64,000 bases of DNA, taken from Schmidtea nova. Lineage: Eukaryota. The stretch is taken from contig CM097883.1 of NCBI GenBank assembly GCA_044892505.1, positions 257,300,001 to 257,364,000 on the forward strand, written 5' to 3'. This document shows positions 25,212 to 38,464 of the stretch, one piece after another. Both the position numbers and the translations under genes were made by a program. A model generated the notes under the pieces. The model was given only the letters and a program-made list of their open reading frames with translations. It made no database searches and had not been told where the DNA came from. The stretch's first letter is position 1, and each line of letters begins with the position of its first letter.

Positions 25212-26160
25212 TATAATATGGCAAGGAAGAAAAAAATATTTTTCAAATTGAGCGCATTGATAATTAGGCATATTTGAAGGCTGGAATTTTATTTGATATT
25301 TAAAATTTCCTTCAAATTGTGGATATCAATGTAAGTAGTTATTATATAAATTCGATTCTATGAGATTTATGCTATTTGAAAATGGCATATTTCTAAAACC
25401 TGTCTAGATATGAATTAGTGAAATTTCTTTATAGACAATGTATATTATAAGAAAACATCTATAAATTTAACAAATAAAAGTGAATTAAAACTAAAAAAGT
25501 AACGAACTTAAGTTACCTGACAACAAAATTATCGGAATACTTTTACATAATAATAAAAATAGAATTATTTCCTATCTGTATACATCATTATCAAATGTAC
25601 CCTGACTACTGGCGACTTGTAAGTCTTTCAGGTAAGGCTTAAGTTTGAAGAAAATTGCAATTTTTAAAATTATCTTAATAAATAATAAATTTCATTTAAC
25701 GTTTTATGAAAATTAAGTAAATCCTCTCAAAAAAAAGATACCCAGATACTAGATAATTACATTACAGGCAATAGGTAATATTAGATACATAGAATGAAAC
25801 TAATGAAAATTAAAGACATTTATTTAACTACCTATGAATATGCATATTTTGCTGATACATTTAAAATAAATTTTTCTGCTATCCTAATTCTAATTCATAT
25901 TCAAAAACTCCTAATGACAATATCAATATGGAACACAAAGAGTACGAAAAATACATTTTTATTTCTAGCGATCGGGTATTTTGAAATATTTAGTTTAAAT
26001 TCATTAAAATTCAAAATTACTTATTATAACAATAAATAATTTTTATATATATTACTTATAATAATTAGTAAATAATCATACCACGTCACAACACCATTCA
26101 CATACCGAGTGAATTATAAATATTAGATTAAATTATGTTTTATTAATTAAATATACCTTG

Positions 26161-26261
26161 ATTAAATATACACACTTGATAAAGGCTGTGCCGAAATATT
26201 GTGTTATTGTTTATAAAAAAAAATTTTGATCTATAGTCATTATGAGAATTATTGATAATAA
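26161..26261 (+). mobile_element. 101-bp hammerhead-bearing retroposed insertion
   Basis: 13-bp direct repeat TAAATATACCTTG at 26148-26160 and 26262-26274; (TAA)n-like tail; body identical to 5560-5652. Confidence 0.75.
26172..26204 (+). ncRNA. Minimal hammerhead ribozyme motif, U3-A8 variant
   Basis: Identical to 5562-5594. Confidence 0.65.
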
Positions 26262-26348
26262 TAAATATACCTTGTTTCAAAATTTAAAATCAAATTGGTA
26301 AAAGTAAATAAATAAATAATTTTAATTAAAAACTATATATTTAATAAG

Positions 26349-29300
26349 TGTGCTTAATTTAATTATTATTATTGTTATTATTATATTTAATTATTGTTTA
26401 ATTTAATTTCAGTTGTTTTAATATTGATTGTATTTGAAATAGATTTTAAAATTTTAGAAGCAGTTGATGTTATATAATAAATATTCCAAAATTTGTTAAT
26501 TATTTTTACTTCAAGCTATCGCGGCCATCGATGGAAATTTTGAAATATCTGGAAAAATTCGATGGAACCGGCAATGTTGCAAGCTGGTTTGCTCAACTCA
26601 AATCAATTGTAAAGATGTTGAAGATAGAAACTATAGAAATTTTTATACCTATTCTTTTGAAAGGTGATACATATGTTGTCTACGAACATTTATCAGAAAA
26701 GGACAAGGCTAGTTTTGAGGCAATCGAGAATGCATTAGAAAAAGCTTTTTCTCCAAGTATGTTTTTATCATACGAAAAAATGAGAAATTGTAGATGGACT
26801 GGAGGATCAGTGGATGTATTTTTGGCCGATCTAAGATTTCATGCAAGAGTGAATGAGAACTCCGTTAGGAACGCTTTTGTCGTAGGACTACCTAAAGACG
26901 TGTCGAGATTGTTGCAGGCTACTCCAAAGATTGATACTATGCCAATGGAGGATATTGTTTAGATAACACGGGCAATAATAAATACGAGAGTTCAAGACAT
27001 TGAATGCATCAACGTTGTATATAACAAAGTAAAACGTTGTACTCATTGCGATAAGATTGAGCACTTAGCTGAACCTTGTTTTAAGAAGTTTGGTACAAGG
27101 TGTTGGTCTTGTAGCGGCACCAATCACATATCTAGAGTATATCCAAATAACAATTCAAAAAACGACAACGTGGTAACACTAACGCCGGTGTCTACTCCAT
27201 TGAACCAGTAATGGCGTTGCAAATAATCACAATTAATGTGGATGGGAGAGAGGCAAATGCTTTGATTGATTCCGGATGCTGAAGATCTGTTGTTTTGGCT
27301 TCGTTGGTAAGCAAACAGTTGAGAAGAACGGACGAGGTGATGATAGCAAATAGAACCTCTGTGTCGTGTTATTGTGATATATTGGTAAACTTGGTGATTA
27401 GAGGTATAGATTTACGAGTAAATTGTCTAGCTCTCGAAAACTTACCTTACAATATTGAGATGATCATGGGCATGGATATTATTGGAAGATTAGGAGGTGT
27501 CCTGATTAGTACAGATGGAGTCGATTTTCGAAAGAGAAGGTATGTGTGCTGAGTGATAAATGTGTCACTGGGGCAAGTTCTTCTCCGAGCGTCATCAATA
27601 TTATAGACGAAGATTTCGAAACTAGATTCGACAAGAAATGGGTTGTCAAATGGAAATGGAAGTCTGGATCAGCGATATTGTGGAACAAGATTGCTTGTTA
27701 TTAGATGGCATACGATTTTCAAGCACCGTTTGATGCAGAGATGAGGCGTTGGATAGAGAAAGGATGGCTTGTACCGGCCGAATCAAGAGTCGGTGGTGGA
27801 TCAGCTGAACAAGAATAAAGTTCGACCTGTTATGGATTTCCGAGAATTGAATAAGTTCGTCAAGAGTCACACTGAGCAAAGTGACGTGTGTGGAGAGTCA
27901 TTGAGACAATGGCGAAAGATGTGTAGAGATGTTATTATGCTCGACTTAAAGAATGCATATTTACAGTTGAATGTCGATGAAGAATGTTGGAAGTATCAAA
28001 AGGTATGCTATGACGATAAGTTTTACTATTTGACTAGACTGGGATTCGGGTTGAATGTAGCCCCAAAGATCATGTCTAGTGTTTTGAAAAAGGTGTTAAG
28101 TCTACGAAGTGACATTGCTGAAGCGACAGATAATTATATAGACGACATAATAGTAGACCAGTCATTAGTTTGCGTCTCGGATGTTATAAATCATTTGCAG
28201 AAATATGGGTTAGAAGTGAAAGATCCAGAGAAGTTCGATGATGCAAGAGTTTTAGGATTGCAAATAACAATGCGTAACATGGATTGGATTTGGACAAGAG
28301 GTAATGAGCTTCCTGTCTTGAAGAGTGGGCAGGAAGTGTCGAGACGTCAATTATTTTCAATTTGTGGTCAATTGCTCGGTCACTATCTAGTAGCAAATTG
28401 GTTGCGAGTTGCGTGCGGTTTCATAAAACGTCACAGTAGTGGAGAAAAATTGGATGATAAAATTGGGCAAATTGCGCAAAAGATGTTAACTGACACTATT
28501 GCTCGTGTTTCCAAAGACGACCCGGTGCGTGGCGAATGGCATGTGTCAGAACAACTTAACGGTGTTGTATGGTGTGACGCAAGTAGTTTGGCCTTGGGTG
28601 TTTGTTTGGAAATTGGAGGTCATGTAGTTGAAGATGCGTCCTGGTTGAGGAAGAAGATTGATGTATGTCATATTAATGTAGCCGAGCTAGATGCCGTTAT
28701 TAAAGGCATAAATGTAAGTCTAGCTTGAGGCCTGAAAGATATCTTAATAAAAACAGATTCAGCCACTGTGAAATGTTGGGTTACTTCTATATTGTCCAAT
28801 CAAGAAAGAGTACGTACACACGGAATATCAGAGATGTTAATTCAGGGGAGATTACAGATTATCAAGGAGTTGCAAACAAGTTTCAATTTAGCTCTTTCGA
28901 TAGAGTTAGTATCTACAGAGAGGAACAAAGCGGATATACTAACGAGAGTACCTAAGACGTGGTTGTACTTGGTAAAAGCTGTAACATCTGTAGTAATTAG
29001 AAGAATGGATGACTTAGTAAAGTCTCACAATGCTCATCATTTAGGCGTTGAAAGAACGTTGCATCTTGCTAAGAGAAAATTCCCAAATATTACTAAGAAA
29101 GACGTGCAAGATCCAGCACCGGTTACATCGAAGCACGGGAAGCTTGATGTCGAGGTAAATTGGAAGAGGATCGCGATTGACGTGACTCACTATAAGGATA
29201 AAAGGTATTTAACAATTATCGATTGTGAACCGAGTTGGTTTGCAATTTGGAGGGAGATAACTAGCGAGGAAGTTGGAGTTATAATTCGAAATTTTGAGCA

Positions 29301-30115
29301 GATTTTTAGGGAAAGAGGTTCACCAGTAGAAATACTCGTAGATAACGATACATCCTTTAGATCTGGAGTGATGAATTCGATGTGCAAGAAGGGGGGGGGG
29401 TTAGGCGCATGTTCAGATGTGCATATCGACCTGCTGTAAATGGGATAATCGAGCGGAACCATAGAACGATTAAGCGTATGGCAGCACGGTCTGGCGGAGA
29501 ACCATTGGATATGGTTTATTGGTACAATGTGGCGTTAAGAGACGATGTTGATGAGGACTTGTCTCATTCCGACCTAACGTTCAATAACGTATGGAGACAC
29601 CCAGATGAATTGGAAGATGTCTTGACGGATCCAGAAGGCGGGTTTACTGTGGAGAGGCGGTTTTTGTAAAACCTCCTGATGCAAGATGTACTTCTCGGTG
29701 GAATGAAGGAAGAGTGACAAAAGTAAATTCATCTACAAATTTTGAGATTGACGGTATGCCTCGTCATTTTTCCGACATAAGTAAAAAAGAGAATTCCACA
29801 GAGGACGAATTCCAAATGCAAGACACTACCGAGGTCGCAGAGTAAGAAGTTGACGATTCAGTGCGTAGAAGTATAAGAGTACGAAATCCGCCACGTTACT
29901 TGGATGACTATGAACTGACGAGCGATATTGATGACGACATCACGGGGAGATGTGCTTAATTTAATTATTATTATTGTTATTATTATATTTAATTATTGTT
30001 TAATTTAATTTCAGTTGTTTTAATATTGATTGTATTTGAAATAGATTTTAAAATTTTAGAAGCAGTTGATGTTATATAATAAATATTCCAAAATTTGTTA
30101 ATTATTTTTACTACA
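26349..30115 (+). mobile_element. Compact LTR retrotransposon copy 2 (same family as copy 1), 3767 bp, defective
   Basis: 165-bp LTRs at 26349-26513 and 29951-30115 (1 mismatch seen); TSD ATAAG; gag from 26531 and pol to ~29959 with many lesions. Confidence 0.95.
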
Positions 30116-31283
30116 ATAAGAATGCAATAAAATAAGCTTGAAATTGACATGTAATTTTGATTAATATCAATTTTTTTTATTTTAGAGTTTTATTTTAAAA
30201 ATATTAAGGTTAAACTTACACATACCCAAAAACTGGATAATCTTTGAACCAATCTACTATTTCATCAATATTATTGACATGTTTAAACATAGTGAACTAA
30301 GTTAATGAGTTCAAAAATTTTGTTGTTATCCGTTGCATAGCAACATTGGTACTGTAACAAATGGGTGGATATCCGCAAAAAGTGAGCTTCGGATAGGTCA
30401 GAACTATAATTGACCGAATATCGTGGTTGGTTCCAATGGCGACCGATAAAGGTACAATGCCAATTTTTATCTGTCCATATTTTATTCAAAACATTCATTG
30501 TAAATGGCTCAATCTATAGCCGAGAAATTAATATGATTAAACAAAATTATCATGAGAAATCATTGATTTAATTTCCTCTGGCTATTCAATTTGAGTTCGC
30601 CTTCCCTCGAAGTGTATTTGTAAAGCAAATATGTTATAATTTTAAAATTCCAATTTATGTCACTGCACAGTTACGGAGTTCAAAAATTTTCAATCATTCA
30701 AAAGAATATCTCGGGCATGTGTAGTTTGCGAGATGAATATAAAGAAGAAATAAGAGTACGTTACCTAATTATATTTTTTATAAACTTTATGTGAGATTTA
30801 TTTCTTCATTATCCTTGAGTTTTCAGAATTTTTACCAGAAATAATTAATTAATTTATAAAATATAAGATATTGGTAATCTTTTCAATTTGCAATAATTGT
30901 ATGATTTTTAAATCAACATTATATCATTATATCATTCCTGTTTGACATAGTAATCATAATGATAACTTCTTTAAAAATTAACAATACACAATAAATACAT
31001 AAAATTGTTGATAACTTTCTCGGCCTAAATTATTTTTTTAATATTCAATCAGGATCCCATTAATACTTTTATGCTCTTTAACATGGTAGTTTTATTCATA
31101 CACAACTTGCTAGAAAAATGGGAATGTATTATATTTGCAATCGAATGATAGAGTAATCCCTTACGTTAAAGATTTAAAAAAGATTTATTTACTAGGTAAA
31201 ACTAAAATAATACGAGACTTATTTATTATGTTAACATTTTGTTGAGAATTTAATAACTTCACGTTCTCGATACGCGGATATAG

Positions 31284-34200
31284 TGTGATAATTAATTATT
31301 ATGTTTGTTTGAATAATGTAAAAAACGTTATTGTTGATTTTATGAATTCTTAATAAAGTCATTCTTGTGCGTTCGACTTCAAGCTATCGCGGATAAATTC
31401 ATGGAATTTAGTAAATATATTAAAAAATTTGATGGAACGGGTGACGTGACGATATGGTTCTCCCAAGTAAGAACGATAGCTCTCATGCAAAAGATTGAAA
31501 ACCTGGAGATGTTTCTGCCGATACTGATGAAAGGAGACGCATATGCGGTGTATCAACATCTCAGCGATGAAGTCAGAGGAAGTTTCATCAAGACCGAAGC
31601 AGCAATGAAGAGAGCCTTCTCTATGTCAATGTTTCTTGCCTTTGAGAAATTGAAGAATTGATCATGGAACAACGAGTCTGTCGATGTTTATCTGGCCGAA
31701 CTAATATCTCTGGCTAAGTTATCTGGGGTCAATGATGCCGTTATCAGATGTTTAATCGTTACTGGACTTCCAGCGTGGCAATGGATGCGGTCGTACAGAT
31801 AGCTCGAGCTATGTTAAGTAATGCAGTTTCTCAAAAAAGTTGTATGCTGGGAGTAAAAGAAAAAAGAATTGCCAATCCTAATGACCAAATGTGTTCGTTT
31901 TGTGGAAAGAAAGGGCACAATGAAGATTAATGTTTCCGAAAAAGCAAACAATGTTGGATATGTGGTGATAAAGCCCAACTCGCGCGATCGTACCTAAAGA
32001 AACAGACGGGAAACGCTATTGGAGTAACACGTGCGCCAGTTTTCACTCCGGGAAAGCAATAATGGCGCTGCAGACTGTCGTTGTAACTGTCAACGGAAGG
32101 ACTTCCAAAGCTTTAATAGATTCAGGTTGTACCCAATCTATTATTTTGTCCTCGTTGGACAGCAGTCCGTATGGGAAGAGTGAGAGTGTGCTGGTGGCTG
32201 ATGGATCATTGGCCAAAAGTTTGGGAACCGTCGAGGTTAACATTTTTATTAGAAAGACAAGTCTGCGAGTGGTCTGTCTGGTGATTGAAAACCTTCCAAG
32301 AGATTTTGGTGTAATTTTGGGAATGGATGTTATAGGAATGCTCGGCGGGCTGAATATATCAAGACAAGGGGTATTGCTTCCTTTGGCCAGCGCCGTGGGG
32401 AGAAATTCCGATTTCTTGAGGGCAGACGAACGTCATACCGAGTCTCTGGAAATTAGAGATGAAGACTTTCAAGCCGATTTCCTTTCCGACAATTGGACAG
32501 TGAGCTGGAAATGGAAAAATCAACCTACTGAACTTGGTAATACATGTGCCAACTATGGAATTAAACCAAAGCTAGGCAATGAATTCAACGCGGAAATCAC
32601 AGAATACATTAGAAACAGTTGGTTAACGCCTTATGAAGGAAACTCTGATGGTATACTACCATTAATGGCAATTAATCAGTCTAACAAAGGAAAAATACGA
32701 CCAGTACTCGACTATCGTGAACTGAATAAATATGTAACGAGCCACACGGGTCAAAGTGAAGCTTGCGACGAATCTTTACGACGTTGGCGAAGATTCGTGG
32801 AGAAAGTCGAGATGCTCGATCTGAGGAAAGCCTATCTACAAATACATGTAAATCCCGATCTGTGAGATTTTCAAAAAGTCAGATTTAAAGGAAAGATATA
32901 TGCTTTGACAAGATTGGGTTTCGGCCTCAATGTAGCACCGAAAATAATGTCTGCCATAGTGCGAAGAGTGTTAGGATTGCGCAAAGACATTAAAGAGGCA
33001 ACCGACAGTTATATTGACGATATCATCGTAAATACGTCAAAAGTACAATTAGACGAAGTTGTGCGTCATCTGGCAAAATACGGGCTAGCAGTTAAAACTC
33101 CGGAAAAATTCGATACTTCTAAAGTTTTGGGATTACAGATCTCTAGATGCAAGGAAGGCAGATATTGAAGGAGAGGAAACGTAATCAATGAGATGGGACC
33201 ATACGAAGCGATGACGAGGAGGGAGCTGTTTTCCTTGTGCGGTCAGCTAGTCGGTCACTACCCGGTTGCTGGCTGGTTGCGGATTGCATGTAGTTATGTT
33301 AAGTGTCAGAGTACCGGTTCAACGTGGGAAGATACAATTTTAGATTATGCTTCCATGATAATAGCTGAAATTATCGAACTCGTTAAGAAAGATGATCCAG
33401 TTCGTGGAGTTTGGCATGTTTCACCGACAAAAGATGGAGTTGTATGGTGTGATGCAAGCAATCTGGCTCTTGTAGTTTGTCTCAAAATCAACGGAGAGAT
33501 CGTGGAGGATGCCGCTTGGCTGAGAAAGACAGACGACACAGCGCATATAAACGTGGCTGAACTCGATGCTGTAATTAAAGGAATTAATCTCGCGATTAAG
33601 TGGGATCTGTCGTCGATAATCGTGAAATCAGATTCTGCAACGGTCCAAAGTTGGCTGGGGTCATTACTGACAGATAGTCATCGAGTAAAAACTTATGGAT
33701 CTTCCGAGATGATAATTCGTAGGCGTCTACAAATTGTTCACGAACTTCAACTGGCATACAACTTAAAGATAGCCGTGGAGTTTGTCCCGACCGAGAAAAA
33801 CAAGGCCGACATTTTAACTAGTGTCAAGAAAGCTTGGCTTACATGGGCTAAACAAATAAGTTGTTCTACTATATCGATATCCGACAGGATAAGGAAGTGC
33901 CTAGAGGCGCATCACTTCGGAGTGGATCGAACTCTGTATTTTGTAAGGAAGTTGCTTCCTAACGTATCTTGTGGAGCTGTACAAGGTGTGATATCCAACT
34001 GTATTAAGTGTCGAACGATAGATCCGGCACCTGTAAGATGGAAACATGGAAATTTGGCGGTGAAGTGTAATTGGACCAGATTGGCGTTAGACGTGACACA
34101 CTACCGGAATAAGCGTTATTTGACGTGTATCGACTGCGGACCGAGTAGATTCGCAATATGGAGATAGATTTGTAACGAGGATGCTGTGACCATTACTAGA

Positions 34201-34954
34201 ATCTGTGAACAAATATTCAGAGAACGCGGACCTCCGTGCCAGCTGCTCATGGATAATGGCAGTTCATTTAGGTCTCGTCAATTAGAGGAATTATGCGCAA
34301 AGTGGGGTGTTGGTTGTATTTTTCGATGCGCTTACCGACCATCGGGAAACTGAATTGTTGAGAGGAACCACAGGACTGTGAAAAGAATGGCGGCCCGGAC
34401 GGAAGGGGACCCACTTGACATGGTTTACTGGTTCAACATGAGCTCCAATGGCGACTTTGAAGCGCCTTCGCGACAACTATTTACAAACGACTGGAAAGAT
34501 ATGCAAGAAGTGGAAATCGGGAATGACGAAATTCTGAGTCGTTATGCTAGAGGAGATAAGGTATTCTGTAAGCCGCCGAATGCAAGATGTACAAGTGTTT
34601 GGACGGAGGGTACCATCACAAACGTTCACTCGTCCACGAATATCGAGGTGGATGGTGTCCCCAGGCAAATAGCTGACATCAGACAGGTTGAGCCGACTGA
34701 CACGACGGGAGAAGAGCGAACTATTGAAAATAATGGTCAACCTTCGACTGAAACGTCAACCGATAGGCAACAAAGAAACCGATACGTACCAGCATACCTA
34801 CAAGATTATATTCTCGGCGACGACGCGCTTGATGATGATGTTGAAATCACAGGGGAATGTGATAATTAATTATTATGTTTGTTTGAATAATGTAAAAAAC
34901 GTTATTGTTGATTTTATGAATTCTTAATAAATTCATCTTGTGCGTTCGACTTCA
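31284..34954 (+). mobile_element. Compact LTR retrotransposon copy 3 (related, distinct family), 3671 bp, defective
   Basis: LTRs at 31284-31381 and 34858-34954 (1 substitution, 1 indel); TSD TATAG; gag 31401-32062 and pol 32062-34869 (LIDSG, YIDD, CDAS, INVAELDAV, WTRLALDVT) with in-frame stops. Confidence 0.95.
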
Positions 34955-37900
34955 TATAGTAAATAAAGATGAGTTTGACATTGGGTTTTTAGATAAATGT
35001 TTTAGTTTGGCTACGCTTCGTATATGATACTTATTATAGGTACTTATTATACGGATTTCCGAATCAATAGAGTTTGTTTTCAATTTAGTGGTTAAATCTA
35101 ACTACTTAGAAGTTGTTGTTCAAATAGGAATAATCATGAGTTGTTTTTATACCAATTTTATTGTCTTTGGGTTTAAAGAACTTTAACTTGCTTAAGTATT
35201 TATTCAAAATCAATCTACTAGTTAAAATTATTTACAAAATCTTTGTACAATATCTTGTCGTTTATAAATATGTTAACGTGATATGTAATGATTTTATATA
35301 AAGATAAACAAAAGAATAATTTTAAACAAAACCTTGCTCTTGACCAAGTCATCCATCTCCGGTATCTTCACGTGGTAAAAAGCGATCAAGGAAGTGTGAG
35401 TTACTCCATCGTACGGACAGAGGGCAGGGGAGCAGTCTCCACTTTCCCCGGCGATCTACTTGGGATTAACTTCTTCATCACTGCAGCACACTCGCGTCGA
35501 TTTCAGCAAATAATGAAGAAATTTTATTTATATATTAAAAAATTTTTAATTTGATTGACTTGTGCTAATTTAAGTAAAATCACAAAATTACATTATAATT
35601 CGAAAGTATCCATTTATTAAATTTAATTATGTTAATTTAATTTAATTAATTAATTTAATTACTTAAATCAATTATTTATATAAATTCTAAATAATTTTAT
35701 TTTAATACAAAAGTTTCACTATTATTCAAACATTTATTAAATTTATTAAAATTTACAATTAGTTGTAAGTAGGAGGCCATGACCTTACTAGGCCAATACC
35801 ACCCAGTGTGTATGTTATGTAATAACTCGGACTTTACATATCCCATATTATTGTGAAATCATTATGTAACGCTCGGGTTTTACATAGTGCACATGACTGT
35901 TATGTAATATTTACCTACCTTTTACATACCATACTAACTACATCACCATAATTATGTAATCGATGTCAGGGTCTTTTGAGGTCGAGGTCATTGGGTAATT
36001 GAGGTCAAAGGTCAATGTCATTTTTTTGTTTTAATTTTTTGGCACAATTTTTCCACCGTTTTGAATTTTGGTTTAAATAAATTAAATATTTAAATTTTTT
36101 GGCGCAATTTACAAAAGTTTTGAAAGTTTTATTAAAATTTTTATTACTATTAATATTTTATAAGAATTATTTTTAATAATTGTTTTTTATTAATATTTTA
36201 AAAGTATTATTTTATTTAATATTATTTTTATTAGTATTTTATAGGTATTATTATTATTTTATTTAATATTATTTTTAATAACTACTTTTTACTACAATTT
36301 TCCNNNNNNNNNNNNNNNNNNNNNNNNNNNNNNNNNNNNNNNNNNNNNNNNNNNNNNNNNNNNNNNNNNNNNNNNNNNNNNNNNNNNNNNNNNNNNNNNN
36401 NNNNNNNNNNNNNNNNNNNNNNNNNNNNNNNNNNNNNNNNNNNNNNNAGAGACAAGATAATGAACATATGCTTAATATTGCCAGTCCTAAAGAGCGGTAA
36501 AGACACGCTGGGCAAGTGATCGCGTCCACAAGGGTCATTGGTGCCTCCACAAAGTGAGGTCAATAGAACCTAGGCTTCAATATTTCGCTATCTATAGTGA
36601 TCATGTCTCGGATAATCAATGGTAGTAGTGTTTCATAGCCATGAATGTGCCGACAAGATATCGTCATAAAGACTTTGACCGAAATTAATTAATGTTAAGT
36701 CAAAAATAAGCAATCATCGCAGAGACCTCCCATTTCGTTGAATTACGGCCGCCCACCACAACGACTGACATGCTTTGATAAATAATGGGTGAAAACGGAA
36801 CCAACCCTAATATATTTTAAATAAAATTTTTATCATCTTTTTCTCATAAAGCATCTTGTTTTATCTAAAATTAATGAATAATTGAAATTACAAATAAATT
36901 ACGATTTCTAGAGGTTTATCCTGGACCGTTGAAATAATTATCTAAAATAAAAGTTTAAATAAATATTAAAAATCAAATTTGTTTTAATTAATTGTTTGCA
37001 TTGAAATGCGTTTATTTAAAAATAATAACAAAATTTACTAAAATATTATTAATTTACTAAATTAAAATTAAATTATCAAAAATAATAACTAAAAATAATT
37101 TTCCTATAAGTCCGAAAATTTAAAATGTTATAAAAAAGTCAATTTAAAATTATAACTAAATTTAATTATTATTAAATTTGCTTGTATTATTAGTTTTCTT
37201 TAAAATTTAAAAAATTTGAAAAATTATACTGAAATCATCTAAAATATCATATAATATATGTCATTTGTTTTGATAAATTGACTAGATTTAAAAATACTTA
37301 CAAAAATTGATTAATTTACTCGAAATTGAATTACTTTTCCTATATAAGTGCATCGATATAATTTTTTTTATTAATTCATTTTGAAAATAATTACTTTAAT
37401 CAGATTTATGTTAGTCTTAATTTAGAAAATTAATTAATTAAAAAAATTAGCAAATATTGTAAAAATAGACTTACATAACCAACATAACTAATTCTGACTT
37501 CCGTTTTCTCTATATATTAAAATATCTAAATAATCTTAATAAAAAGTATACTTATAAATTAAATAATAAACTTACATTTGACCTATTTCGAATTTCATTT
37601 AAATATAATATCTAAATAAAAAGTAAATTAATTATTAAAACTTAAAAAATTTCTTACTTTCTATTTTGAAAATTATAAAATATAAAATAATTAATTTGAA
37701 ATAATAAAACAAAGACTTAATTTATTAATTTAAAATTCTATTTTTAATAAGTCTTTTCTTAAAATTTGCATAAAACTAAATAAAACTTAATTAAGGTAAT
37801 TAAAAACAAACGCCAATTTAATTCTCTTTATCAGGTGCTACTAAATCTTCCATTTAATATATAAATCAAATAAATCGATTTATCAAACGAATTAATATTA

Positions 37901-38250
37901 ATTTTTAAAATAAAATATATATATATATATAATTTTTATTATAAATTTTATATAATAGTTAAAAAATTTCAAAAGATTAAAAAATTTTTAATTTAAATAA
38001 ATTAATCTTAAAAATATAATACTTTTTTACAAAAAAATATATTTTTTTAAGAATATATTATGAATATTTTTATATTTATAAACAACAGAATGATTGAAAA
38101 CAAAATCTAGAATCCTCAATTGAAAATGCTCTAATACCCGAGTACAGTATGTGGCATTTCACCCATGACATTTGAAAAATTAATCATTCTGTTGTTTATA
38201 AATATGAAAAGATTTTTTGGACTTTTTATTGTCCATTAAATGCGAATTAG

Positions 38251-38433
38251 ATACAGTATATCACCTGTGACTCATACATACAGATTATTATACAGATTAT
38301 CTTCATACAGTATATCACCTGTGACTCATACATACAGACCATGTGCAAAACAAATGTAATAATTTTATTGGTCAATTTTCTACCCCTTTCTCGATTCTGA
38401 TTGGTCGCACAAATACATCAACTAGTATAAATA
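38251..38433 (+). promoter_or_regulatory. Pol II promoter-like cassette
   Basis: Perfect 34-bp direct repeat (38251-38284, 38305-38338), each with CACCTG and TGACTCA; two ATTGG; TATAAATA at 38426; ATG at 38465. Confidence 0.5.
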
Positions 38434-38464
38434 AAAAGACAGACTGATTCATAATCATTTTAAC

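Noticed and set aside
12310-34927. Antisense ORFs within the LTR elements and other transposases
   Set aside because: Shadow frames of real coding sequence.
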